In this document: positions 26,690 to 40,429 of the stretch, one piece after another
Layout: each line of letters starts with the position of its first letter
How positions within the stretch are numbered: position 1 is the stretch's first letter
Assembly: GCA_951406725.2 (NCBI GenBank)
Contig: OX597832.1
Span: 33,790,001-33,854,000 of the forward strand
DNA length: 64,000 nt
From: Octopus vulgaris
Taxonomy: Eukaryota
Direction: 5' to 3'
Program-made: the position numbers and the translations under genes
Notes under the pieces: generated by a model
The model's input: only the letters and a program-made list of their open reading frames with translations
What the model was told of the DNA's origin: nothing
Database searches by the model: none

Positions 26690-27368
26690 AACTCGATACT
26701 CCATTACTTTTAACAAGAGTACAATTCAAACTCTATCCGGCACCATGTTTAGGAAATCAAAGATCAAGCACTAATCACTTTATCACATCACGGTTTTCCT
26801 TCTATCCGAAATTGCCAATATGAAATATGACATATTACTTGTCGACAATAGAACACTTCCCATGATTCAGCAGACAGGTGACCTCCATAGAATCTTTCAC
26901 TCTCAGAGGGAAATTCTAGAAGAGTAAACACTGAGATGTGATTCTTCCCTCTATCCTTGTGTAGATTTAGAAAGACATTGTGGAGTAATGTTTCCAGAGA
27001 TTTACATTAAAGTAATGTAAACAATGAACCAATTATGGTCAGAAGATTATTTCTATGTCTTCACTTTAAGAAAACCTTAAACGGCAAACGACATTTCAAA
27101 TTACCATCAGACGTAATTACGAAAACAATGGTTAAACGGACATATATGCATGTATCTATGTATACATGTATGTATATATGTATGTAGATGTGCATGTATG
27201 GATGTATACATATATAGGTATGTATATATGTGTGTAGATGTGCATGTATGGATGTAGGTATGTATATATGTGTGTGCCTGTGTGACTTTGTGTATGTGTG
27301 TATGAGTGAGTGTATGTATGTATATGTGTTTGTATTGTATGTATGTATATATATATATATACATATAT

Positions 27369-27399
<31 letters not shown>

Positions 27400-27521
27400 C
27401 GCGCGCCTGTGTGTTGGCAGGAAAGCAAACAGCGGCAAAATGAAGAAGTAGCGATTGTTAACTCGATATTCAAGACATGGATGGATAAAGATAATCTGGT
27501 TATTATTAGATTATATGCATA

Positions 27522-27567
<46 letters not shown>

Positions 27568-27695
27568 TGTTTATACATATATATACACGTATGCATATAT
27601 GTATGTATATATGCATGTATATATATGTATATATATGTATGTACATACATATATGATATCAGTATGTCAGCATATGAATATGCATATATATTCAT

Positions 27696-27738
<43 letters not shown>

Positions 27739-27775
27739 TGTGCACGTACCTATGAGTATATATGTGTCATTTTAG

Positions 27776-27826
<51 letters not shown>

Positions 27827-28399
27827 GTGCGTGTGAATGCGTGTGTGAAACACTAGTTAAGACTTCATATAAATTCAATCAATAAACATGATGGAAATAA
27901 TTTCGCTTTTAAGACAGAGAGCAGGTACATTCCTCGCAACTATGTTTTTCTGAGTTGCTACAACAAGCAGGGGATATATGTTATGAAAGAAAGAAACTCC
28001 ATTTTATTAGTTGCAGCAATCGATCAAATCAGGGGATCAATTCCTCGATCGATCATTTTATCAGTCAAGGGAATTCTATCTTCTTGTCTTCTTTCAAAAC
28101 GATGCAAAGAAGCAGTAGCAGAACATCGAGCAACAAAACTGAATAGGATCCGGTATCCGAAGATGGTAAAAAGAAATGCTCTACTTTGTAATTTGTCCCG
28201 TCTCTGTTCAGCCCTGTGTGGCTAATAAAGAAACATATATGTCTGTCTATTTGTCTGTCTATCTATCTGTCTATCTGCCTGTCTATATGTCTGTCTATCT
28301 ATCTGTTTATCTGTCTATCTATCCTATGAACCAAAAAAGAAAAAAAGAAAAAAAGGAAAGGAAAAAAGAGACCCACTTACTGTAATGTGTTTTCTTTTT

Positions 28400-28636
28400 G
28401 CATGACACTATTGCCCAAGGTTCCCGAGGTCTTTTCCGTAGACTTTTCCATCCACGGACAAACCTAATCTGTTTTCCCTTTTTACTTTGACATTTCTATG
28501 ATACACGATCCCTATTGATCGGCCCCACTTTTGATCGGAATTCCCGCCTCCCTTTTTTCCTTCTTCCCAAAAAGAAAAACTCTACTTTTTATTTTGTCCC
28601 TTCAGTGTTCAGCCCTGCGTGGCCAATAAAGAAATC
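28400..28636 (+). mobile_element. Retroposon 3' end (probable LINE 3'UTR) whose tail is shared with SINE family B; shorter copy at ~28150-28236
   Basis: tttgtccc...tgttcagccctg.gtgg.taataaagaaa occurs twice, each followed by (CTAT/CTGT)n, and resembles the SINE B tail tttgtcccctctatgtttagcccc.tgtgggtagtaaagaaa. Confidence 0.55.
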
Positions 28637-28772
28637 TATCTGTCTATATGTCTGTTTATCTGTATGTCTATCTATCTGTCTATCTATCTGTCTATCTGTC
28701 TGTTTGTCTGTCTATCTACCTATTTGTCTGACTGTCTCACCGCCCGTCCATGCGTCTGCCTGTCTATCTGTT

Positions 28773-28824
<52 letters not shown>

Positions 28825-29598
28825 TACATACATACATACATACATGCACACATACATAGATATGACTAGGTCTACGTGAATATATACTTGTGTGTGCACG
28901 TGAGTGCCGGTGTGTCTTTCTGCGTGTTAGCGTGCATGCGTGTGCATGTGTGTGCATGCTTGTGTGTGTGTGCTTTGAGTGTTTATGTCTGTGTGTGTTT
29001 GTGTGTGTATGTTAAGACCAAAGACTGAGTATTCTGAACTGTCATGTCCCCTAAATTTAGAAAAATGTAATTTATGGATGCGACTGGCACGAGTAGGATT
29101 CAGACCTGAGAGTGAATTTCCAGAATTAACCAAATATCACCTGAACTCGAATTGACAGCGTAATTAATAATACACACACACATACACTCACAAACTCACA
29201 CATATATGTGTGTGGGTGCGCGTATGACTGTGGATAAGTACATGTACAATTTACCTTTAAGTGACGCGATACTGAGAGTGACACAGACAGGTAGAGAACA
29301 TTGTGCATATATATATTTCTAAATATAATATGAAAAAATATGTATTTTTTGTAAGTGTGTGTGTGTGTGTTCGTGCGAGGGCGTGTATGTGTGTGCGAGT
29401 GTGTGTATGTGTGTGCGTGTATGCGTGTGTGTGTGTGTCTCCCTGCCTGCATGTGTGTATGTATTTATAAATGTATGTATATACTTTTCTGCTCTAGACA
29501 CAAGGCCTGAAATTAAATGCGTATATATATATATATATATATATAATATATCTCGGTCTGTACATTTCCTCTTTCATCTGTCTCTCGTTACTTATATA

Positions 29599-29668
<70 letters not shown>

Positions 29669-29684
29669 TGTATGTGTGTGTGTC

Positions 29685-29757
<73 letters not shown>

Positions 29758-30309
29758 GCAGGTATCATATATATATAATGTGAGATGTTTATAGATGTAT
29801 ATCTGTGTGTGTGTGTGTGTGTAGACTGGTGTGCTTAAGTGTGTCTGAAATACTTATTTCCTGAGTAAAATATAATTTCTTACTTAAAAGCGAAAGTATA
29901 AATAAACGGAATACATTGGCAATTTTTTAAAATGTCCTCAAAAACGTCGATAGAGAATTCCTCCTTAAAAACCGTTGAAATTTGAATCATTCGCCAGCCA
30001 TACACACATACATATTTACAGACAAGATTTTAGTTCTCTTCAGAATATTTCTCACAATTTATCAACACGTGATGACATAAATGTAACACTGTTTGAATCA
30101 GAACCACACAGATATGTTTTTATACGTATATTTACATGAATATAAGAATATTCACTCACATACATTTAGACAACATGATATTCTCTCACATACGTACATA
30201 TATATGTTACTATTAATTCGTATAGACACTCACAAGTTCATAGACTCACACACCTACACACGTTCATTCACACACACACACACACACATACACACACACA
30301 CACACACAC

Positions 30310-30483
30310 ACGTTGCGTGCTTCGAAACGCGGAGTATATAACACTGGGGACAATTGATGAAGGAAACCTTCTTTACGTTGCATGTCTCGTCTCTCTGTTT
30401 GTTTGTTTTTCGATGTTGGAAAATAAGTTCGTTTTCTATGTTTTTTGTTTCTTTTATGTTCTCGTTTGTCCTGTACGCGTGTA

Positions 30484-30485
<2 letters not shown>
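30310..30485 (+). repeat. PLE-associated terminal repeat (relatives at 20250-20430 and ~44075-44230)
   Basis: cttcgaaacgcggagta...gacaattgatgaag...T-rich tail ending in (TA)n. Confidence 0.55.
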
Positions 30486-30540
<55 letters not shown>

Positions 30541-30782
30541 ATATGCATATATTTATATATTATTTATATTATTTATATATATATATACATGCATATATGT
30601 ATTTATATACATATAATTTGTACTTATTTGCATATATACATATATATATATTTATATACATATACATGTATACATGTATATGTATATACATATATGTATA
30701 TACGGATATATATATATGTATATATGCATATATATATGTATATATATGCATGTATATATACATATATATATACGGATATATG

Positions 30783-30834
<52 letters not shown>

Positions 30835-31633
30835 TCGCACGCAACAAATTTACGCAACTTAAACCAAAGAAATAAAGAAATGAAAAAATAATCATAACAT
30901 CCCTTATTTTCATTTTTTGTTATAAACATTTCCAGTATATTCTTTAGTACTCTCTCTCTCTCTCCCCTCTCTCTTTTTCTCACTCTCTCACTCATTATTT
31001 CCTTGTTACCCTGAAATTCAACAAGATCTTTGAAGCAAAATTATCTCATAAGTGCCACCAAATAACTGCGTCACACAAATATTCCAAATTTGGCATCACT
31101 CTGATTTCAATATATTTATTCAATCTTCAATCCCCTCTAAGGTTGATGAGAAATAACTGCGAGAGCGAAGCGTCTGATGTTTCAGTGACCAGTTATATCA
31201 GCACTTATGTCTGCGAACTGGTGAAATTGTTTTCTGTAAAGCTAAAAAGCAATAGTAGAGGGATACTCTACAGAGATGATCGTTCCATTATACCGAAATT
31301 CCAAAATTATTTTTTACCTGAATGTGAGAGACAAGTCACACATTCAGTCCTTCAACGTCTTGCGTGATTTGACTTGAGTGAGGTTTTGATTTTATAAATT
31401 ATGCATCAAATGAAAAAACCAGTATCTGAATAAAACGATCACTGAATTTAATCAAAAATGCATAGGCAGTACTTCCACTGGAGAGGAAATATCCGATTGT
31501 CTGGGAAAGATTCCAGCCAGACAGGCATTCGTCAAAACCCTGTGACAAGCAAAACCCTAATTGCTACTGCAAACTGTAACAAATACCTGACCAGAGACAG
31601 AAACGTTGCAGAACGCACCGTCGAGGAAGAATG

Positions 31634-31838
31634 TCATGATGATGGTGATGATGACGACGAGGACGACGATGATGATGACGATGACGGTGATGATGATGAT
31701 GACGATGATGATGATAATGAGGAGGACTGTGATGATGATGATGATGATGATGTTGATGACGATGATGATGATGATGGTGGTGATGATGACGGCGAGGACG
31801 ACGATGATGATAACGATGACGGTGATGATGATGATGGC

Positions 31839-31870
<32 letters not shown>

Positions 31871-32110
31871 CGACGACGAGGACGACGACGATGATGGTAA
31901 TGTTGATGATGATGGTGGTGGTGCTGCTGCTGCTGATCATTGTCGTCGTGATGATGACAACGTTAATTGTGATGTTGATGATAGCACCAGCTACGGCAAC
32001 TACTACGATGACGGTGAGGTCAACGATGACGACAACGACAAAGACGGCGACGAAGATTAACGACAGAAACGATGAGCATAATGAGGAGGAGGAGGAGGAT
32101 ATGATAATGA
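31634..32110. repeat. Long imperfect (GAT/GAC)n trinucleotide tract
   Basis: Directly visible; gives rise to poly-D, poly-M and poly-I ORFs. Confidence 0.9.
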
Positions 32111-33290
32111 TAAAGGGGAGGGAGCGGAAGCGGAGAAGGTTGAGGAGGAGTGGGAGGTGAGTATGACTGTGGTGAAGATGTTGATGATGACTATGATGAT
32201 GTTTATGAAGTAAATTAGAAGAAATACAAATACGATATTGATCATTGGGACGGCTATAGCAATGGTAACCATCAACAGTAGCAGCAGCAGCAGCAGCAAT
32301 TACAGTGGTATCATCTTCATCATCATCATCATTATCATCATCATCGTTATTGCATGCTAAATTCATAAATTATACAAACAGGTCTTTCAGCTGAAAAATG
32401 AAACGAAATATTTGGTAAATATGTACACCGATTCCAGTATTTTAGAGATATTTAGCACCGAAATACCATCTTACATTTGCCTATTGCATTCCTCCTATTG
32501 CTTTCCCGAGAATTGGTTAAGCTGGAAGCAAACCATATCAAGAGATTCACGCTTCATTGATTTAAATAATGTCAAATGCTATGAATAGAAGTGATAAATG
32601 TGATATCAAACCAATGAATTTTTGTGTACAAATTTATATCACATTATATATTATATTGTATTATATTAATTTATCGTTATAAGTGTTGAATTAATCTGAG
32701 TTTTGCTTCAATTTCACTTGTTGAAATGTATTTTCATTAATCAGATTTGATAATCAGTTATTTGAATATGAATGACGCATGAATGCGAAAATGTTTAACA
32801 CATTATACACACACGCACACCTATATGTATATACTTTATATGTGTTGCTGTATGTATAAAGATTTATATACAAGTGTATACATATGTATGTAAATGAAAC
32901 AGAAATATATTTTCATAGATGGATAGATAGATGGATAGATATATAAACAGATACATATATACATACAGAGCATAGCTATCTATCTGTCCGTTTGTATACA
33001 TATACATATAAATATATATATATCACATGTTCCAGTATGGCCGCAGTCGCATGACAGAGACAAGTAAAAGAATAAAAGACTTCCTTTAAAACATATCTCT
33101 CCCTCATGATCTGATCATCGTATGCTTCCTCTCTCTCTCTTTCTCTCTCTGTATACACATTCATGCGTACATACATATATACACTCATATCCTATTATTC
33201 ACACATATACTCCCCATATATATTATGTATATAAACGTGTATATATAATATAAATACACACACGCATACACACACACACACACGCACACA

Positions 33291-33330
<40 letters not shown>

Positions 33331-33620
33331 TATGTGTGTGTGTAGACACACAAACATACATGTATGTATTTATATTATAAGTATGTACGCTGTATGAATC
33401 CCAGATGTGTGAAAGCTATCACATCCATAAACATTTATTATTTTTCACCTAAAATTCCAGACAGCATATAAATTAACCTGCGTGAAAGGTCGTACTCACC
33501 TCAGAAATATATTTACATTATAGAATACTACGCTTAACTTTAATCCCAATCTCTGCGTTCTAAACACTCTCCTGACCAACAATCCCTTCTGATCTAAACC
33601 AGGCTGTGAATGTTACTCAC

Positions 33621-33864
33621 TTTGCCCTTCAAACGATCGTTGTTTTCTTTCAGACAAATAGTTGTGGACATAGAAATTTAATTGTTAATGTGGACAGAAA
33701 TCTTAGTTAGCTCAGAACTCGCTCTGTGCCATTATTGACAAAAATATCAATGTTTCCCACAGATGTCTCTCCTCTTGATTCCGAAATCCAATCGTCATCG
33801 CTCAACTTTACCCTTTCATCCTATCCTCTCTGAACCGCTCTTGACCTCACTCTGTATGCTTCTC
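33621..33864 (-). other. Candidate spliced exon (5'UTR/first coding exon or lncRNA)
   Basis: Minus-strand acceptor ctttcttcgatttgtcttcag| and donor aaa|gtgagt; purine-rich unique sequence; possible ATG at 33671 giving MSTTICLKENNDRLKGK. Confidence 0.3.
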
Positions 33865-34489
33865 CTGAAGACAAATCGAAGAAAGTGTGTAACTCTTAAT
33901 GTTACGTTTCCTCTCATCGATCTTTCTTAACGAGCCGAATTATCTGAGTCATTGAGGTCGCAGAGAAAATGAGTTGTGGTCTATTTTGGTAAGTTATGTC
34001 CTGATTTCGAATCCGGCCGAGGTTAGCTTTCTCTTTAATATTTCTGATAAAATAAAATAAATCATGTTGCTTCATGAATTGACGGAAGGGTTAGAAAAAC
34101 ATTTTTCAATAATTTTTTCGGCTCTGACTTCCCAGAAAAGAACGGTTAACTTGTCCAGATCACAGCAAAATATTCTTTTCTTCAAGAAAAAAGAGAAGAA
34201 CAAATAAAAGGCTGAGAAATATATTATCTTCACGCTTATAGCTATATGTATGCTATTAGCTACCTAGAAATAACAGCATATGCCACTCAAAACACATACA
34301 ATGTTCTTGAATAAACGATGGACACGTTTGTAAAACAATCCCAGAAAACCAGATATTTAGATAGAATCCGGCTCGATCACGGTTCATCATGCAGTGAATA
34401 ATAGCAATACCGACGACTACAGCATCACCCTCATCACCATCAGCCCCATGACACCTTTTCAATAGAAGCAAGAATACATACATATATAT

Positions 34490-34552
<63 letters not shown>

Positions 34553-35407
34553 ATAACAAGATATGAAATTTATTTGAAGGAAATCGGAAGGAGAATCTAC
34601 TTGAGCATCAAACGCAGACCATTTTCGATGCCGCCATATTTATAGAGGTGCTATGACAGGAAGAAAAATGTTTTTCATGTTTAATTTCTTTTGATACAAT
34701 TCCTCACATCTTATCAAAATCACATGATTTAAAGTTGGTTCCCTTTCAATCAGGAATTCGTCTATACACATTCGTATGCAAACACGAACACAAACGCAAA
34801 TTTACATTAGCTGAGTATGTACATACAAACACATACGCATATTCATAGGAATATATATATATACACACACATATGTGTGCGTGTATATATATACCCACAC
34901 ACACACTCATATACCGACACACGTACACGCACATATGCAAGTATAGAGATGTACGTAGATAGGTTTGTACCCATTTAAAAAAAGTTCTGGCAAAGGAATC
35001 GTGATACAATATTTGAAGAAAGACTTTCTTACGTTAAATGGAATTATGTAAATGAAAAAAATCTTTAAATAAACACAACGACAGAACATTTTGGACGGGT
35101 GTTTTCTTACTAGATAGATAGATAGATAGATAGATATATAGATATATAGATAGACAGATAGATAGGTACGTTTGTAAGTGTGTATGTGTATATCTATGTA
35201 TGCGTATGTGTATGCATGCTTGTATGCATGTATATATATATATATTATTTAATTTATATTAAAATTTTATGTATTGATTAAGTCTTTCCTTGTTTGGTTT
35301 TAAAATAGTGGTTTTGTCTCGAATTATATTATATAATATTTTACTATAAAATTGGATTTAACCCTAAATCTGATTTTTCCCTGTAATTTTGGATTCATTC
35401 CCTAATA

Positions 35408-35456
<49 letters not shown>

Positions 35457-35835
35457 GTGTGTGTGTATGTGTGTGTGTGTGTGTTTGTATGCATATACTC
35501 ATGTATGCGTGTATATGCAGGTAAGCATGTTTATTTTTGTGTATACGCTTGGAATATATATTTTAAGTTACGTGTGAGTTATCATTGGGTTCACAGCCCG
35601 GCTCATCAGGCCTTGTTTCCTCTGCGACAGATGCAGATGTATTACAATTACTAGATACATGGATGGGTTTATGTGTGTGTGTCTGTTTGTTTATGTTCGT
35701 TCCTTTTATATCATCGTGATTTGTGCTTAAGAAATAATATTAATAGATTCATTAGGCATTTTCCACGAGTATGGAAGTTAAGGATTTAAAATTCTTTATA
35801 TCCTCAATACTATCTATCTAACTACCTATCTATCG

Positions 35836-35880
<45 letters not shown>

Positions 35881-35915
35881 CCTATATATTTCATTTTTCA
35901 TTTCATTTCATTTAG

Positions 35916-35955
<40 letters not shown>

Positions 35956-36092
35956 GCGTATATATTATATACACAAAATATGATGGGTTGAGTTCACCGG
36001 TCATCTAAGCGACCAGGTACGCTTAATAAGTGCTATAATTTCACGGCTGAGGCTTCCGTATTAAGGATCTGTATTAGATTAACAGGTATGTA

Positions 36093-36229
36093 TTGCCTTT
36101 CATCCTTTTGGGGTCGATTAAATAAGTACCAGTTACGCACCGAGGTCGATATAATCGACTTAATCCGTTTGTCTGTCCTTGTTTGTCCCCTCTATGTTTA
36201 GCCCGTTGTGGGTAGTAAAGAAATAGGTA
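36093..36229 (+). mobile_element. 5'-truncated SINE family B
   Basis: Matches 12869-13005. Confidence 0.85.
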
Positions 36230-36239
36230 TATATTATAT

Positions 36240-36500
36240 TAGAGGGAAAAAGACAACAAAAGCCAAGGCAGGACGAGTATATCAATTCATTTAAAATATT
36301 TCAGAGCAAGGTGAATTTGAAGTATTACAGCTGTTTCTGGGATATCCCAAGTGATAGGCTATCATGTCTGTTTCACTGGGAATTCCGTCATCAGAGACAA
36401 GGTGAGAATGTACGAAAGTTCTAGAAAGGGAAATTCTCTGTTTATAAGGAATAAAATAGAAGAATAAATGTAGATAGAATACAGACAGGAAAATAAAGTT
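36240..36500 (-). mobile_element. PLE-like terminus with a rearranged hammerhead (family H3)
   Basis: Minus strand tct-CTGATGA-cggaattcccagt-GAAAC, followed by a second atccca-GAAACAGCTGTA; related to 46305-46550. Confidence 0.5.
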
Positions 36501-36574
36501 CACAGTTCATCTTTTAGCGGAGAGTATGGAGGTTGATCTGTGCTTCTCTTAGGTATCATCCCAGGTAAATACAA

Positions 36575-37152
36575 GCAGTATTTTGGCAGTGTTTTGAATG
36601 ATGTGTTCATGTTGAAATAATGGATTAAGTGGTTAGCTAGGTTGTAAATGGTCCACATGGCTATATAGAGGGAGAAAGATAGACATCAAGATACCCCCAC
36701 CTTAAGCTTGGCATCTATTTTTAGCTTTCCCTACTGATCACTGAACTAAATATTCTCTCTGTCCACACCTAACCTAGAATTCATCTATTTAATTAAGACA
36801 TAAATACCTCCATCTTCCACTTTACTGAAACCTTAACGCCTGATCTCTCCTCTCGAACCGACACTTACGAAGAATGATACTGGCATCTTATTTTTATTTT
36901 TATTTGTTATTTATTATCATCTAATTTTTTGATTTTTATTTTGTTTTTTTTATCGTACTTTCCTTTCGCTCTCATTCAATCTTTCCCATTCCTTTCCTTT
37001 CTCTCTCTCCCACTTTTCCCCTATTCACTCTCTCACAACATATTCCTGTCTCTCTTCCTCACTCTCTATGCCCACGTGGACCATTTACTTAGTAGCGAAC
37101 CACTTAATCCATTACTTCAACATGAACGCATTATTCAAAACACTGCCAAACT
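36575..37152. repeat. ~90-bp diverged inverted repeats ~390 bp apart, next to a PLE relic
   Basis: ~36582-36670 is an approximate reverse complement of ~37063-37150. Confidence 0.7.
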
Positions 37153-37199
37153 GTGGGATGAGGTGTGGGGGTAGGGATGTTAGTGTGGGGTGGGGTGGC

Positions 37200-38010
37200 G
37201 TGGTGGTGATAGGATGTGTAGTGGGGCGTGTGGGGAAGGTATCAACGAAGAAAGGTGGGTAGGAGTGAAAAGACGAAGCAGGTGTCAAATGAAGAGAGTG
37301 GAGGAGAGGTGGGTAGCAGTGAAGAGAGGAGAGGAGGGGAGTTGAGCCGAAATGGCGCAAAAGGAGCGAAGAGAGAAGAGTAATATTTGTTCACGACGAA
37401 GGCGGGAGTCCGGATGGTCCCTGTGCAAAGACAATCCGAACACACTCAGGTGTTGTATTGAATGACCGGAAATGGTGTGAGACCGGGGTGTCATTGCCGA
37501 GGTTGATATCTCGGAGGTGCACCGCGAGCAGGTCAGCCGTTTGACCGATGTACAGAGAAGGGCAGAAAGTGCAGGAGATGCAGTAAATGACGTTGCTAGA
37601 AGTGCAGGTAAAGGAGTCGGTTGATGGATGCTCGTGAGGATGGTGATGCTGAAAATGAGGGGCAAGTACGGAAGCGTGGGCGGGAGCAGGGGAAGGAGCC
37701 ATGCTGGGAGGTGGGATTAGGGAAGAAACCGTGGACAAGGAGATCACACAGGTTGTGGGCTCGTCTGAAGGAGGGAAAAGGTAGATTGGGGAAGATGTAC
37801 GAGGTGGAGAGGTCGGAGTGGAGTCGCCGGAAGGGTCGGAGGATGGTACGTTGAACGGGCAAGATGGAGGGGTGAGAGGTGACGGAAGGCGGGCAACTGC
37901 GGGGTGGATACGAGGAGAAAGAGAGAGAGCAGGGGTACGGTCCACTGAACGTGCCCTGCCAAGGGCTGTGGAGATAATGGTGAATGATATTCAAGAGCCA
38001 TGTGTTGAGA
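37200..38010 (-). pseudogene. Penelope-like element GIY-YIG endonuclease relic
   Basis: FTCTSSNVIYCISCTFCPSLYIGQT...HLRDINLGNDTPVSHHF, with upstream CSRPRFRTCP and downstream RLRREQILLFSL; frameshifted. Confidence 0.9.
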
Positions 38011-38086
38011 CTGTATATGTATATATATATATATGCAGAGATATACAGATATACACACATACACACGGTTGTGTGTGTGTGTGTGT

Positions 38087-38272
38087 ATGTTATAAATTAG
38101 AACAAAGAGTAAAAAGTTGTCATTAATAGCTGACAAGAGGGTATCGTCGCACATCGCTCCGGCATTCGAAACTCCGAGTAATACAACGACAAACTTTTAC
38201 TCTTTGTTCTAATATATAACACGTATACATAACCCTCTATTTCTCTAATATAGAGGTCTCATTCTTTTGTTG
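38087..38272. mobile_element. Fold-back module with decayed hammerhead and ~50-bp tail
   Basis: tgttataaattagaacaaagagtaaaaagttgtc pairs with gacaaacttttactctttgttctaatatataaca; inner CTGACAA...GAAAC-tccga-GTA. Confidence 0.6.
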
Positions 38273-38275
38273 TTA

Positions 38276-38320
<45 letters not shown>

Positions 38321-38619
38321 CATACATACGTACATTTCATTATATACGCATACATATTTATGCCACCTACACACCTCAAGGCGCACACACGCATACAGAG
38401 CGCACACACACACAAACGCACACACACATACATAGTGATTTTTTAAAAGATTTATAGTCAAGTTGAAATTATCTTTGGGAAACCTTCCAATTATTTAATT
38501 ATTTAAACTTTAAAATCATAAATTTATTATCTAAGATCACATAATCACTAACCCAAATTTTGCCGTCATAAGACATAATTTGCATCGTGGAATAATTCTT
38601 TGAGTGCCATCTGAAATCA

Positions 38620-39330
38620 ATAATCCGTTGAAATCAAGCAAAGTTCAACATATTACGTTTGAAAATATATTCTGAGAGAAGTCTCTATCGGTTTCTTCTT
38701 ATGCAGGAAGCATTTTTCTGATAAAGCGTCATTTTCTTCCTAAAAGAGTGTCAGACTTTTGCGTGGTTGTAATCAGCCTCGTGAGGTTTTGATCAGATGT
38801 CGAAAGACGTGGTACCTACCGAGCAGAAATCTTCTTCACACCAAATTCAATAAGCAAAATATTCTTAACTCTCTCGCGGGATATGGTAACAGAATGAACT
38901 ATTTGATTTCTAGTAACTCGCCTGTCTCCCATCAACATGGGTTGAACACCACCAATGTCTTCCTCGCTGGTGACAGTTGCAAAACGTCCAGACGTCGGGT
39001 CATCTTCACGACTGACCTCCTAAATTCAGCTGCCCACTTCTGCACTGTTGATAAGCCTGAAGCGTTACCCCTGAAGTAGTAACCATGTCAGCTTGAACGG
39101 CAGTAGAGGCTAAACAATTTTCTGCAGCTAATTGATAACACTACGGTGCCAAATTTCGTCCCTTTGCGTGTGAAGTCGGCACTAGTTACTTTTGAAGTCT
39201 TCCCCGAACAGCCACATTTACCTGGAAAGAAATAATACAATTATTCATCAGAAGATTTGAAGTTAAACTATACAAGATTTCACAGCTCTAGCATCATTCC
39301 TCCAAATTCAGCTGATGAATATTTCAGCCC
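38620..39330 (-). pseudogene. Mariner transposase N-terminal relic
   Basis: Minus strand WAAEFR...EDDPTSGR...GDRRVT..QI.....ISRERVKNIL....GVKKISAR*VPRL (HTH region plus WVPRxL motif). Confidence 0.85.
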
Positions 39331-40429
39331 ATTCTTAAAAATGGCAATTTGTTGAGTACAGATTTTCCGCTGGTTGTCCTAAAGGAATGAAAAACAACCT
39401 TATTTTCTCTCGTTCTCCGAATCGTGTTAGATTTCTAAAGAGAGATTCGTCAATTAAATGAAAATGAAATTTAAAGTAATGACTCTAAATATTTCAGCAT
39501 ATATAGAACTTGCTTTCGTCATTTTGCAGATACTTATGACTTTTTCAGTGTTGCTTACTTCAGTAACACCTCTTTGCAGCCATCTTATCCTCTGTTTATT
39601 GACGGAAACAACGATATTGGAACAGGAAAAGATTACATGAGTGGGTGTCTGACTGGGAGACATTTATTTTATGAGTGTTATTACTTCTGCACTTTGTTGT
39701 ATTAATTTTAAGACCATCTTGTAGGGCCAAACTGATATCATGGGCATCTGATGCAAATGATTTCAAATTGTCAATTCTGGCCGACCACCGTGTCTGTGTG
39801 CTTGAAGTAATTTACCATTTTCTTTTACTAGTAACAAATCATTGCAGATGTTATAAAAAAGGCGAGATGGTAGCATGGTTAGCACGCTGGGTAAAGTGTT
39901 TAATTGTATTCCGTCTGTATTTTCGATCTGAGTTCAAATTCCACTGAGGGTGACTTTACATCTTTTCAAGGTCATTAAAATAAGACCAACTGATTATTGG
40001 GGTCGATGCAAGCCTTGTGCCAAAATTTGAAACCTTTCTGACAGATATTGTTAATAATTTCGAAAATGGTAACTGCTACATTAGGGCACTCAGCTGAATT
40101 GATGCCACATAAGTTCTATGAAGTGTAAGTCCGTGAACAGAAAATAGCGAGAGACTTTCTGTGAAGCAACGTCCAACTGTATTTTAACTTGGCTGCCGTA
40201 CAGGTACCACTGTTAATATCTTCTTCCTGAAGTTTTCCCAGTTAAAGCTAATTCAATATTTCTTTTATCGGATTTGCAATCGCATAACCTTATTTTCTAT
40301 AAACACTCTTTGGAAATATAACTCTGCCACGAACTTGAATCTCACATTCCATTCTTTGAAGGTATCTCTAGATAAATGCATGACACGTAGGGAATCGGAT
40401 GCTGCATCACCTATTCTAGACCAACTATT

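Noticed and set aside
31458-32060. 200-aa poly-Asp ORF resembling acidic biomineralisation proteins
   Set aside because: (GAT)n microsatellite open in three frames; no signal peptide or recognisable domain
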